Of a stretch of 64,000 bases of DNA, positions 19,854-31,552 are shown piece after piece (position 1 is the stretch's first letter; each line of letters begins with the position of its first letter). Source of the DNA: a virus. The translations under genes and the position numbers were made by a program. The notes beneath the pieces are model-generated. The model was not told where the DNA came from. It made no database searches and saw only the letters and a program-made list of their open reading frames with translations. The stretch lies in IMG/VR virus record IMGVR_UViG_3300029094_000045; one strand, 5' to 3'.

Positions 19854-22800
19854 CCTCTTTTCTTTATGCCGTGCGATTAGCGGTCACGGGGAAGATAGTA
19901 ACCGCCCCAACGCGAAAGCGTCAAAAAAATGCAATTAAACACAGTAGGAAAGGAGTCCACCAAGCATGTCTATCATTGCAATCGAATCCGCTTATGACCT
20001 CGCAATCATGTTCGGAGACAAAGAACTTGCTGCCGTATATCGTGAAGCACTTGTCGAGGCCGGCGTTCACTACGAAAGCAAGGCGACGTGCTGGGCTGAC
20101 TGAAAGGAGACTTCAATATGAAATGGATTCTGACCGCCGGGGGTGGATACACTAGTTATCAGGCACAATGTCTGAGCCCGCTCATCTGGTTGCTCGTACT
20201 CGGTGCAATCGGTTACGGCCTGATGGAGTACCTCGAATCGAACCCCAAGACCGCGGCCAAGGTAAACCGCTGGATTGAAAGGAGACTGCATGTTCATTAC
20301 GATGATGATTGAAGCATTCGGTGACGATGAAATCGGTAACATCGATTTTGATGCTCAGGACATCAAGACGCATGAAACTGAAGAAACCGCTATCGAAGAG
20401 TTTCATCGCCTCGAAAAGAAGGCGATAGGTTCTGGCGGCAATGGTTTTTACTATCGTCCGATTAAAATTAAAGTGTAAAGGAGAACACGCAGTAGTATGA
20501 ATGAAATCGAAAATCGAATCGAAGAGTTGAATACAAAGCTCGACGAGGCCGTAGATGTCTATCTGTGCGTGAAAGCAGTATTCAATCTGTATCCTTGTAT
20601 CAGATCAGAACTGGGCCTGCGTCTTGCAGCAAATCGTGTCTCTGCCGCAATCAACCGAACCGAAGAAGCATTACGGCAACTCGAAAAGGAAAAAGCTGTC
20701 ACCGCGCCGCACTTCATTCTTCGTATTGAAACCCCCAATAAGATCCTCGAGTATGAGTACGTGGGCGAATACGATGCTTTCCTTGCTTATAAAAAGGCTT
20801 GCCTTGATATGAAGCTGAGCCGCAAATCTACTCGGGTTTCTCTGAGTCGCGGCGATACCGTGTTCAAGAGCGCTGACCTGATGTGACGCCGCAGAAAGGA
20901 GCTGCGAAGCATGAAGCGCATTCGTCCTGTCCCTGAAGACTCGCGAGTGATTGCTGTGTATCCTATTTGCAATTATGGCGGCGTCGAGATCCTTTCTGTC
21001 AAAGAAGATGTCGATGCTATCAGAGCCGAGGTTGCAATCAATACGGGTGACCGCCGCGAATACAAGGAATTCTACAAAATCAATCGAACAAAAACAACTG
21101 ACCGTGCATTCTTCAAAATGTACGGTCTTCTTTATTATCTGGATCAGTTCCAGCGAATCCGATAAGGGGGCGCAGCAGTGTCTGAAACCTTCTTGGCAGT
21201 GTGTGTCTTGGCTATCTTGGCAATGGGATACGCGCTGTATCTGATCGGCGTAGCAATCTATATGTTGGGTTGCTGTCGCAAATTTAACCGCACAGTCGAT
21301 GTGATTTCACATTGGCTTTTATCATTCTGGGAAGATTGTGTCTATGATGTTATCGTAGTCGCAGCAGCTTTGGTTGTGATTATAATTTCGTTATATGGCA
21401 CTTTCTAGTATACAACAAATCAAAGAAAAGAGGAAATTAAAATGCTGTTTTACCGTGTCAAAGAAGAAGCTGACAAGAAGCCCATGTTTATCAAGAAGCG
21501 CAACGGTATCGAATACTGGTCCATCTACGTCGGTGGCGAATTGTTTACAGCAAACGAGATGGCGCTGCGTCATCTGAATCCGGACTACATGTATCCGGTC
21601 GAAGTGAATCTGCGCAAGACCCAGTTCGTGTTCGGCGCTCGTATGCCGATGCCTGACGCAAATATCACCGCAATTCAGACGAAGAAGAACGAGGAGGGTA
21701 TTTCTAATGAGATGATTAAAAACATTGTCGATTTCGTTTCTGCTGCCGGCCGTCCTCAGTCTGAGCGTAAGCGCGGTGTCGTTCGCGTCTGCAAATCACA
21801 GTCTGGTTCAGTCGCCCACGGCTAACTCGGCGGCGGCACTCAACTCGGCGGGCAGATACATTCTCGGCGGCATTGTTAGCGCGGCGTACTACGAAAACGG
21901 TACGCGAGTTCTGAATATCGTCGATGAGAGTGGCGAAGTCTGGTGTGCAACTGTGCTGAGGACTGACCCGGCGGGTGACTAACCTAGCGAAAAACAACCT
22001 GACGGTTGGGAGGTGACTTAATGGCATCTGAATTTGTTCCTGAGTATGTCGTCGTCGTAGAGATCCCTTATCCGAGACGAATTCAAACCAAGACTACAAG
22101 TTTCGCTACGCTTGAAGAAGCGGCTCGTGAGTATTATGGCTATAAAAATTATATCCGCAATAACGCCGATGGCTATCATGCGTGGCTGAAAAAGAAGTCG
22201 GAAGACGGAAGCTACAAAGTGCTCGAAGAGTGCTCGTATGAGATCCTTCATCCGTCGGAGAAATAAATCTCAAGCGCAACAACCCAAACAAAGTATTCGC
22301 AGAGGGCTCCCCAGCAATAGTTGGGGAGTAATGCGGCTACGGAGACTGCAGAAATCCGTACTGGTCCCAAGCCCAGAACGCAGCAGCGTAAAGAAGCGGG
22401 CGCTCCGCAGCCATAATGAAATCCGATTCGATTTTGATGTGATGGCCACACTGATAAATCGATGACGAGAGTAAATTATGGGGCGTTTCTTGAATGAGCG
22501 AAACTAAACGAAAGGAGGGTTTATAGCTTGAATTGTAAACTTTGTTGCCCGCAATCGGTGGGCGTAGCAGCTGGTGCAAAGGTCGCGTCTTACTCCACTG
22601 AGCGAAATTTCATGGCATGGCGATACAAACTGTTCTGGCACCTAATTTAGATTGAGTTTTTTTGACTGATTTGGCAGTTGATGCTACAGGGGTAGTTGTC
22701 CCCGATATGTTTGATGGGATCATATAATAAAACCTATCTGGTGTCACCGACCATGTTCCTCGCCTGAAATATGGGAGACAAAAATAAGTGAAGGGCGGAT

Positions 22801-24664
22801 TGTCGCTAGTTCCAATGGAACCAACCGGATCTTTCCTTAGCCTTACGAGGTTGAAATGTCGGGCGACTGGTGGTACCGAGGCAGACGTAACCACATCCAC
22901 TACATGCGTAGTAAACGCAATAGCATACACACGCGAAAAGAAAAGAGGAAATCAACATGAACACCGCGAAACTGATTGAATCCCTTCCTCCGAGGATCAA
23001 AGACCACGTGATCGAATATCAGGATGTTATCTTGAAGGGCGGTCAGCCGGCAATGCGAGTGCTACTTGACTGTATCTTGTCGCCGGGTCAGAAGGCGCTC
23101 TTACAAGGCAACAAGCACATCATTGGGCTGGAGTGTGTCGCTCAGGACAAATACGCCCCAGAAATCAAGCATTCTTACTTCTACATGGTATGAGAGCAGC
23201 TATGTATAATCCGCAGAGAACGCAGCGGGTAAAAAGGGGGAAGTTGTAACAATGATGGTACATATCTTAGATAATTCCTATTCCAAGCGAGTCAAAGGCC
23301 AGTCGTGGATGATGTTCAATCATTACAATGGGGATGTCTAAAGCAGTCTTGAGTGTGCTATGAAAATGTTGACCGAAATGGCAAAATCGGTGAGTGCAGA
23401 CCCGGAGTGTTATGATGTCGTGTTCAATGCCAATAGACGCAATCTTCGTTATCGTTGGAAAAACTGGGACGATGATGAGATTGAGTGTTTTGTCCAGATT
23501 GAATCAAAAGAAGTGAAATGAAAGGAGCTATTCAGTATGGTTCTCAATATGACTGAACTTCCTCTTATGAGCTGGTCGCCGGAGCAGTTCGAAGCAGCCC
23601 GTAAGCTCTGTGCGGATGGCATCATTCATAGCATGGAGTTGCCTACGATCCTGCCGATTGATAACGTAATTGATATACGCAATATGGCTGTCGATGCTGA
23701 AATGGCTGCGGCTGTACATCATCCTGACGCAATCGTTATTCAGGGCGAACCTATCTTTGTGTATGAATTCGTTAATGCCTGTAAAGAAGAGATTCCGCAG
23801 ATTCAGTGTTATTCACCTTGCTATAAGGACGGCAAGTTCGTGCAGTTCAGAAGGTTTTGATTATGTGCCAAAAATGTAACTTCAAATTAAACAACCATGT
23901 TTTATGGAAGAGCAAAAACGAATGGCTGCTTACGTCAAAGAGCAACTATTTTGCAGAGCACATCGATATGAGTCAGGTAGAAAAACTTGGTCCAGACTAT
24001 TACGTAGCATTGGGAGCTGCAGTTTGGAAATATTCGGATGATGTCGTTGTTTTTAGTGGAAACACACCACAAGTATAACCGTTTCTAGTGCAAAAAGAAA
24101 GGAGATGTCGTAGGATGTCTGATTGGAAACTCGGTAAAGATATGATCCCCAGCGATACGATTCTTGACCCTGTCACGTTCGATGATCTGATTCTGGCTCT
24201 GAAGTGTAATTGTAAGTACATTACGAAGGGCGCAGTCATTGCTCAAGCGACGGCAATTATCAGTCAGCGGCTGGAAGATTGGAAGTATCTAATTGAAAAC
24301 AACATCGACGAAGTCATTGCGCTGGCAGCGGATGAACCGCTTAAAGACGCTGGTCACGATGACATCACCCTCGAAGAGTAATAAGGAGAGCGGCCGTGAA
24401 AAACTTGTCTAAACAGAACCGCAAGAAAATCTTTGATCTGATCAAGCGTGATTGTACGTTTGTTGGTTCATATGACATGGAGCGTTCGGAAGAAACGGTT
24501 TTGACTTATCTCCCGAAGCCCGGCACGCAGATTCACAAAGATGTTGAAGAGGTTCGTGTCATAAAGAACCGCAAGACTGGTAACTGGATCGAATCAGTTG
24601 TCGATATCCGATGGATACCGGGTATGACCTTGGTAGAAGCCGAAATGATTGAAAGAAAATATCA

Positions 24665-25324
24665 ATGCAAATCCAACAAATAAGGAGGGGCGCAGCCGTG
24701 AAAACTGAAATCAATAGACAGCCCACCGAGCTGCTGTTCTATAACAATTGGATGTACAACGTAGTCCGTATCCAGAACGAACTCAAGCGCATCTTTGAGA
24801 ATGAAGGCGGTGAAATGGTACGGCGAGACCTTTATCAAAAGCAACTCCAGCTGTCGTCAATTCCGACTTATGTAGTCAATCGCACACTGAAAGAGCAAAT
24901 CAAACAACTCGAAGAAAAGGTGTCATATCTGGAAACGCGCCCTTTCAAATGCGTAGAATCCTATCTTGATTACAAGAACAAACTGGAACGACTTCAGCAG
25001 ATTCCAAATGAACCGATTCTAAAAATTGGTACACATGATTTCGTCCTGAATGATATGTATTACGGGATTCTGTTTAATGACAATATGTTTTTCGATACAT
25101 ACTATGTAGTGGCGCATATTTCACATTCTGGTAATTATCGTACGGTTGCATATGATTACTTCAGAAAAATGTCAACCGAGTGGAAATACGACTGCTTATA
25201 TCGATGTGATTGCAGTGAGGCTGATATCAGAGAGGTTGCTTATCAAATCTTCAATGCGCTAATCAAATGTAAAGCATTTCCAGAACGCGGTATTTCGGCT
25301 TATTTACATACAGTCACAATTTAA
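24665..25324 (+). CDS. hypothetical protein (219 aa), representative of the run of small early-type genes from 20.1 to 26.8 kb
   Basis: ORFs at 20118, 20275, 20497, 20911, 21178, 21442, 22006, 22957, 23537, 23857, 24088, 24396, 24665, 25340, 26049 and 26431 are co-directional, mostly with AGGAG-type RBS. Several start at GTG after a shared GGGGCGCAGC(C)GTG junction. None had a recognisable domain. Confidence 0.35.
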   Translation: MQIQQIRRGAAVKTEINRQPTELLFYNNWMYNVVRIQNELKRIFENEGGEMVRRDLYQKQLQLSSIPTYVVNRTLKEQIKQLEEKVSYLETRPFKCVESYLDYKNKLERLQQIPNEPILKIGTHDFVLNDMYYGILFNDNMFFDTYYVVAHISHSGNYRTVAYDYFRKMSTEWKYDCLYRCDCSEADIREVAYQIFNALIKCKAFPERGISAYLHTVTI

Positions 25325-27410
25325 GAGGGGCGAAACATAATGAAAAAGATCCTGATTACATACGAAGCTTCCATTGAGACTGGTGACAAATTGGAATACG
25401 GAGAAGCTGCCACGACTCTCGATTTTATCACCGACAATATGGCTCTCGAACTCGTAGATACGATTGGTAAACCATACCACTCCTGGAAACCCATTGGACG
25501 AGTTGCAAGGTCTCGGGTTACTGAGATTCTTATCAATCTGGAGCGGCTTCGTGGACGAATCTATGTAGCCAATTCTATTAAGAGCGTCGAAATCATTTCC
25601 GATTCTTAAATGGCGAATAATTTACGCTTAAAAGTTGTGAAATTCAATCAATGGGAACAATTCACCAATTGACTGATACGACTATCGGTTGTACAATGAA
25701 AGGACGAATATCGTGTCACCAGTGAAGGAGTGGAGAACTTCACAGTCGATGTTGAAAACTTTTGAACGACGATTGCAATGCAACAATAATTCATCTTTTC
25801 GATGATAACCAAATTCAATCGCTCAATCATTCTGTACGAAAATCACCAGTGAAAAACAATCGCCAATAAAGCAGTCGTTCGAAGCCAAGCGAGCGACGAG
25901 CGAAGTGTGGCGAGAAAAAGAAAACTGATGGTTATGTAGTAAGGGGTTATAGGGTTAAGAGTAGATTGTTAAGGAGAGAGAAGACCATCCGGGGAACGGA
26001 GTAGAAGGAAGAGGCCATTGAGCCTGAAAGCTGAAAGGAAAAAATTCTATGGCAAATTTAGCACTGGGCACCCACGAGTTCAAACCCGACGAGATGATTG
26101 GGTTGATTAGGCAGTACGATTTCTTTATGCTTTCGTTTGGCGACGATCCGCTTTTGCAGATTCGAGTCCCGACGAGATGGGTTAGACTTGAGATGGCGAA
26201 CAATGGTGTAAGCTATCTTACCTGTCGAGATAAGCGTAAGCGAGACGGACATCTGTTTAAAATCAGCGCCAACAAGTTTGTTTTTGACGTTGACCATAAC
26301 AGCGGACGGCTGAGTGGCAATTTCAAGTTTGACCTTAATGAAACCAATCTTTACGTCGTCATGTGGGGCAGCTCCGACGTGCCAGCCGACGATGATGAGT
26401 GAGTGCATCAGCAGAAAGGAGCGATAAATTGTGGAAAGCGAAAACGTAATGAGAGCCACTGAGGAACGTCCCCGTCTGAGTCGAGAAGAGCAGGAGACCA
26501 TCATAACCACATCTGCGGCCGACGATACGGCTGAAGTGTACACTGCTGACCCGATCTACATGCGAAAGCTGGACAAGCGGGTTGAACAGGACCCTGGCAA
26601 CTACAAGGTCAAGAGCCGCAATACTTACAGTGCGACCTACACGATGCCCAAGCGACTGTTGCAGTTCCGGCTGCCGACTGCGCCTCGTGAACTGACTGAA
26701 GAACAGCGCGCAGAACTCCGTGAACGAATGAAAAAAGCACAAGCGGCTCGACAGAATAAGGCCAGCATCAATTCTCAGCCGAATTCATAAAGAGTTTGAC
26801 TGTATTCCAAACATACATCATGGTTCGGTAATGAAATTACTCTACCGAGACGTGTTAACAGTTTTTTATCGAGACTTTGTAGGAGAAAAATGACCTACTT
26901 TGAAATCGGGGAGGCGAATGAGTATGATACCGCAACGCTTTGACGATACCGCATAGAGACTGCTGTGCAAGTAGCGTCACAACAAAAACACAGTAAACAA
27001 GTAGACAGATTGAGATGAATAGTAAGTCGAGAGATTTACGCAGCTGCCAAAGGCGACTGTAACGAAAAGGTAAGACGAGACAACCAACCCGACCTGGAGG
27101 AGACTACATGTACTGAGGAGCTCGGACGCGCGCGGAGGGCAGAAAAAAAAACGGAACGCCACAGGGAAGAAATGCGTACCAAATGCTCGCGTGTAGAGGT
27201 CAGATACAGACCGAAATCGCGATGAAAGGCGGAAATTATTCCGAATCTGAAGCCTGCTGCACGCCTGCGGACATCACGTGATCGCTCAGGATCCTCCTAA
27301 GGAATAGCACGAATGTGTTTAGATCTCAATCATGCAACAAAAATATATGTTGAAAGAGAGTTGAAAGCTAATGTAGTGAATTAAGATCCGTTATTATCGA
27401 GGCACGATTT

Positions 27411-27680
27411 GTGATGAATAATTGTCCAATACGGATAATGCATTCAGGTCAAACCGAATGTGACGAATTGTTAAGATGGAATACCCATCAGGACAGAAGA
27501 CCGGCAGCCGGATCGGCTAGGAAGGCAGTCCGAAATGATGACTATGAGTAACAAAACCAGGAATAGAACGCAAACTCAAGGGGTAGAAGTCCTAGCAGAG
27601 AACCAAATGAGATGGTCCAAGATCGGGAAAATCGCCTCCAGTGCCCCGAGGCAGCGCTCAAACAGCACTATTTAGATCAC
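27411..27680 (+). ncRNA. conserved structured non-coding element, copy A
   Basis: About 270 nt that align in blocks with copy B at 40219..40476: gtgatgaata; aatgcaYtcaggtYaaaccgaRtgtgacgaattgt; gaaccaaat...gatgag; tttagatcac. The stem cattc/gaatg (27441..27460) shows compensatory changes relative to cactc/gagtg in copy B. It lies in a 1-kb ORF-free, purine-rich region. Confidence 0.4.
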
Positions 27681-27854
27681 AAATCCCCTATTATAATAAT
27701 GAAGGTTGTGATGTTAACAACAAAAGATGGATAAAAGTGAGTACAACCATTTGTCTATATTTACCATTGACAACAACTCATGGTTTGTGCAATACTATTT
27801 ACACAGACGACAAAGTCACTTTTCAATACTTGCAAACGAAAGGAACGAGGTAAA

Positions 27855-29144
27855 ATGAATGCGAATGTAGCAATACAGGCTTTTGCCAGTGATGAGTTTG
27901 GCGAAGTTCGAACCTTGAGCATTGAATCTTCACCTTGGTTCGTCGGCATGGACGTGGCAAAAGCTTTGGGATACAGCAATGCAAGCAAGGCGGTCATGGC
28001 TCATGTTTACGAAGAGGATAAACGGTTCGAAATGCTTCCCATCGGACCAGATTCCCAAAATGGGAATCCGGTCAAAACCGTCAAAACAGCGTTGATAAAT
28101 GAGTCTGGTCTGTATGCTTTGATCTTTGGAAGCAAGCTTGAGTCAGCTAAACGATTCAAACATTGGGTGACGAGCGAAGTTCTCCCGATGATTCGCAAAA
28201 CCGGCTCTTACACGGTCAAAACAACGGGTCAGCAAAGGTTCGAGCTGATGAACCAAGAAGTTCTTGTGGTTCAGAAGGTTCAGAACGAAATGATGGCCAA
28301 GCTCGATGCGTTCGAGATTGCCCGCAAACAGGATAGACAGGCCATCGACAATGTCTTATTCGTTTGCAAACAGCTCGAAAGAAAACTTCAAGCCACACAG
28401 CCTGGGTCTTACACTCCGAAGCAGACACCGAAAGGCCGTAGTGAATGGCGTACTGAAATTTATGATCTGGCTAACAAAATCGTCAGCATGACAGGTTTAA
28501 CTCTGAATTGCGTATTGCATCAGGGGTACGATTATCTGGGACGCAACTACGGTTGGTTCTTTGAGGATGCACGTAAAGAATTTGTAAGACAAACCGATTA
28601 TAAGGGGAGTCTCAAGAACATCAGCGGTTTGGATGTAATCGAGGCAAGTGAAATGTATAAATCAATCTTCATGTCGATTATGAAAGACCGCTGTGAAAAC
28701 GAAAAGCACAATGCCGAAGTCAAGAAGGGAATTAAGGGGGTGCTCGCAAAGACACCACCTGTCATTCCTGCTGATATGATTCCGAAGCGACAGACTGTTG
28801 CAGGTTCCGCCATTAAACAGGACGAGACGCCTATTATAGCTGAAGCTCAGGCGATTGAAATCGAAGAGCCGGTTGCGAAAAAGAAGGGCTACTACAGACC
28901 AAGTATTACGCTGCCGATTGTCGAGCCGATTGCCAGAAAGCTTGGAGATAAGACGATCGGTTATCGTATCACTTATCAGAAAATCTACAATCTCATCGGA
29001 GTTACAAAGATGGACAGAATGAGGAAGGCGTATATTCGCACTCACAGCAAGCCGCCGAAATCCACACCTGACATTTTCCAAAGCTCTGATAAGAATTTAA
29101 AAGTGTTCAAAGAGGCTGTGCGGGCTTTGGACTCTACTATTTAA
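27855..29144 (+). CDS. Bro-N/antirepressor (ANT)-domain protein with a C-terminal extension
   Basis: N-terminus FASDEFGEVRTLSIESSPWFVGMDVAKALGYSNASKAV...INESGLYALIFGSKLESAKRFKHWVTSEVLPMIRKTG is a typical Bro-N/KilA-type domain. The start is taken at the ATG at 27855, which follows AAGGAACGAGG. Confidence 0.6.
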   Translation: MNANVAIQAFASDEFGEVRTLSIESSPWFVGMDVAKALGYSNASKAVMAHVYEEDKRFEMLPIGPDSQNGNPVKTVKTALINESGLYALIFGSKLESAKRFKHWVTSEVLPMIRKTGSYTVKTTGQQRFELMNQEVLVVQKVQNEMMAKLDAFEIARKQDRQAIDNVLFVCKQLERKLQATQPGSYTPKQTPKGRSEWRTEIYDLANKIVSMTGLTLNCVLHQGYDYLGRNYGWFFEDARKEFVRQTDYKGSLKNISGLDVIEASEMYKSIFMSIMKDRCENEKHNAEVKKGIKGVLAKTPPVIPADMIPKRQTVAGSAIKQDETPIIAEAQAIEIEEPVAKKKGYYRPSITLPIVEPIARKLGDKTIGYRITYQKIYNLIGVTKMDRMRKAYIRTHSKPPKSTPDIFQSSDKNLKVFKEAVRALDSTI

Positions 29145-29203
29145 GCTATCTATCTTCCTCCATTAGCTCTTGGAGCTGACAGCCGGGAAAGACCGGCATA
29201 TAA

Positions 29204-29281
29204 CCGGGTGTGGCGAAGCTGGTATCGCGCTAGTTTTGGGATCTAGAGATTTCGCCCGTTCGAATCGGGTCACTCGGACCA
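29204..29281 (+). tRNA. tRNA-Pro (anticodon TGG), CCA encoded
   Basis: Acceptor ccgggtg/cactcgg (7 bp including one GU); D stem gcga/tcgc; anticodon stem ctagt/tctag; loop tTTGGGa; T arm gcccg-TTCGAAT-cgggt; then A-CCA. Confidence 0.7.
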
Positions 29282-29423
29282 GTGTGTAGGGTTTCCGCAT
29301 TTTTCCTTACATAACAAACAACTTAGAAACGCCTCCTTTCATTGTGCTGCTTATCACAATCTTTCGATTTCTAAGTTGTCGTGGCTGAAAACGCCGAGCG
29401 GGTACGATAATCCCGTTTTATAT

Positions 29424-29464
29424 GAGGTCAATGATTACTTCTGGGTTTGATTCCCGGAGACCTC
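29424..29464 (+). other. tRNA mini-helix (acceptor stem plus T arm only)
   Basis: gaggtca-(10 nt)-ctggg-TTTGATT-cccgg-agacctc: 6 of 7 acceptor pairs and a 5-bp T stem. At 41 nt it is too short for a tRNA. It sits just 5' of the tmRNA-like gene. Confidence 0.3.
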
Positions 29465-29471
29465 TCTATAT

Positions 29472-29855
29472 GGGCCCGAAAGGTTTTCGACAGGGCTAAG
29501 AAAAAATTACAATTCGCAGGTCGGCCATCACCTTACGAGGCAAAAACAAATAAACGCTAACAACAACAGTTATCGTTGCGCGGCTTGATGCCGTGCCCAA
29601 AACAGCATCCTGATAGGCAGGTAAATGCTTGACGGTTCAAAGAATAAATCCCGGAACCCGATGTAAACGGTAAGAAACACTAGCGTTCTCGGACGTCAAA
29701 ACCGAGTGGTGGAGTGATGTAACAACCGTTACGTCCCTAGGTTTGCTGCGTCGGCGGCATGAATTCCTTTTCAAAATTCTAAATGCTGGCTATTGCGTAA
29801 GAAAATTGTAATTGAGTATTAGTTTTGGACGTGGGTTCGAATCCCACCGGGTCCA
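29472..29855 (+). ncRNA. ssrA: tmRNA (ssrA)-like gene, one-piece, with variant tag ANNNSYRCAA
   Basis: The 5' strand GGGCCCG (29472..29478) pairs perfectly with the 3' strand CGGGTCC (29848..29854) and includes a G3-U70 wobble, the AlaRS identity pair. The conserved 5' motif UUCGACAGGG matches E. coli GAUUCGACGGG. The 3' end GGACGUGGGUUCGAAUCCCACC matches E. coli GGACGCGGGUUCAACUCCCGCC. The tag frame GCU AAC AAC AAC AGU UAU CGU UGC GCG GCU UGA starts about 85 nt from the 5' end, as in E. coli, and encodes ANNNSYRCAA (E. coli ANDENYALAA). Total length ~384 nt. CCA is not encoded. Confidence 0.6.
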
Positions 29856-30264
29856 TAGCGGCGCAAGCCGCAAAGCTAGGTTCGATTCTGTCGGCGTGGA
29901 GTAGCACGTCGGTAGATGGGGTGGCGCAATTCCACCGTGGGTGATCATACTCCCCCTCTGACACATCCATAACGCTCTGACCGAAAATAATAACCATGAT
30001 GCAACGGGAGTAGCTACCCGCCACAGTGGATGTGCATGGCTCTATTATGTGTAGGCGAATATGGCACTGCCTGCGAAAGTGGCATAGATGCTCGGTGCCC
30101 AGAGCATCGGAGAGTGAATTTGAAAGGGCAGCCTTTGAGGATGGACACCATAAGAGACCTATTCGCTTATGTGTTGTATCCACTGACGCGACTGAGTATA
30201 GTGCAGACTTTGTAAGCCGCTTGCTTCTCGCTGATGTCGTTACATGGTTAAATCCTCCTCTCTG

Positions 30265-30342
30265 GGGCTAGTAGCTTAGTCTGGTTAAAGCCGGCAGCTC
30301 ATAACTGCTTGATCGGGGGTTCAAATCCCTCCTGGCCCACCA
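30265..30342 (+). tRNA. tRNA-Met (anticodon CAT), elongator-type, CCA encoded
   Basis: Acceptor gggctag/ctggccc; D stem gctt/aagc; anticodon stem ggcag/ctgct; loop cTCATAa; T arm ggggg-TTCAAAT-ccctc; A-CCA. The anticodon stem lacks the three G-C pairs of initiator tRNAs. Confidence 0.7.
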
Positions 30343-30636
30343 TTTTTAGTAACATTTTGAAAGAAGGTATGAATCATGGCAAATCCGAATATCAAAGAAA
30401 TCGTTGAATGGATGATTGAAAAAGCGAAAGATAGGGCTTCCGATAGCATCGCAGTCATTGATGAAGGAGAAATCGTTAAAGAGTTCGGAGTGGAGTCTGG
30501 ATGGCTTCAGAGCCATGGTCCAGAAATCTATCACGAATGCGATCGGCACTCAGAAGTTTTGGACTCTTTGATTTACACTGGAAATGATAGAGATTATTGG
30601 TCTATTCAGCTTACCATTAACAAGGAGTAAATCAAA

Positions 30637-31329
30637 ATGACTGATAAATATCTCAGTATCATCACGAACTTCGGGTGCCACTACAGCTGCCCTGAGTGTA
30701 TTGTCCGCAATAACAAGCTTAAGATGACACCGACAGTGGAGTATTCCTCTTACGCTCAGCTGTGGCATGTTCTTCATAACGAATGCAATGATTGCGATTG
30801 GGTGTCTGTTTCTGGTGGTGGCGATCCATTGTATCACTGGTGGGAACATCAGGCATGGTGGTTCGGATTCTTCGAGATGTGTTGGCGTTCTTTTCGCAAG
30901 ATTGAGCTGCATACCAGTTACTTTGATGTAGAAAATAATCACGAGATTATGTTGTTTCCGTTTGATAAATTCGACCGTGTTGTCTACCATGTTCACGGGC
31001 TGGATGATCTTGATGAGATTCGTCGTCGAGGCAATGAAATCGTCCGCGTAGTCTTTGTTGTTGATGACGATATGACTGAGGACGAAATCAATGGAATCGC
31101 TGATAATGTAGAAGCGTCAGACCAAATTGACGAGCTTTCGTTCCGGCAGCGTGTGGACGATAACTACGAGGCAACTTATCATCTGCATGATTTCCTGAAG
31201 GCCGGTCATCAGAAACGCTGGTGGTACATTGAACAGTGTGATTACAATATCTACTATCATAACGGTAAGCTGTTCACGAAGTATACCGATATCTTTGATT
31301 CTGAGGCGGTAAGTTATGAAAAAACATAA
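30637..31329 (+). CDS. radical SAM enzyme (QueE-like or RNR-activase-like)
   Basis: N-terminal NFGCHYSCPECI matches CxxxCxxC, and VSGGGDPLYHWW matches the GGE/GGD SAM-binding motif. GCxYSCxxC resembles B. subtilis QueE AGCDYSCSWC. 230 aa with no SPASM-type C-terminal cysteine cluster. Confidence 0.55.
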   Translation: MTDKYLSIITNFGCHYSCPECIVRNNKLKMTPTVEYSSYAQLWHVLHNECNDCDWVSVSGGGDPLYHWWEHQAWWFGFFEMCWRSFRKIELHTSYFDVENNHEIMLFPFDKFDRVVYHVHGLDDLDEIRRRGNEIVRVVFVVDDDMTEDEINGIADNVEASDQIDELSFRQRVDDNYEATYHLHDFLKAGHQKRWWYIEQCDYNIYYHNGKLFTKYTDIFDSEAVSYEKT

Positions 31330-31552
31330 AGATTTATTGCTGGCAGCTTGCGCATCGGCTGTTTCGTTTTTGAGTCTCAATGCCATTTTTGAGAAACTTC
31401 TACGGCACATCTCGCTTGTTCAAATGGCAACAGGAAGTATAAGTTCTCTTTACGGACGTGTCAGCGAGGCGGCTCTTTCGGTATCTGTAGCTCTGTCACT
31501 TGCGATTGGAGCTGTAGTATATATTCTGTTCAAAAATTAAAAGGAGGAACGA

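Noticed and set aside
23200-23536. Recoded TAA inside a small-gene region (MMVHILDNSYSK...DV*SSLECAMKMLTEM)
   Set aside because: It is more simply explained as two adjacent small ORFs (29 aa and ~47 aa), each with its own start. There is no conserved sequence spanning the stop.
29822-29960. Additional tRNA genes downstream of the tmRNA (T-loop-like strings near 29876 and 29925)
   Set aside because: The first T arm at 29831..29847 belongs to the tmRNA. The others lack acceptor complements and canonical T-loop pairing. They are more likely hairpins (including a GCAA tetraloop at gcggcGCAAgccgc) of an unassigned structured region.
29779-30183. 134-aa minus-strand ORF across the tmRNA 3' end
   Set aside because: It is antisense to the tmRNA T arm and to a structured non-coding stretch. 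Its 'DPVGFEPTSKT' segment is simply the reverse translation of a T-arm sequence.
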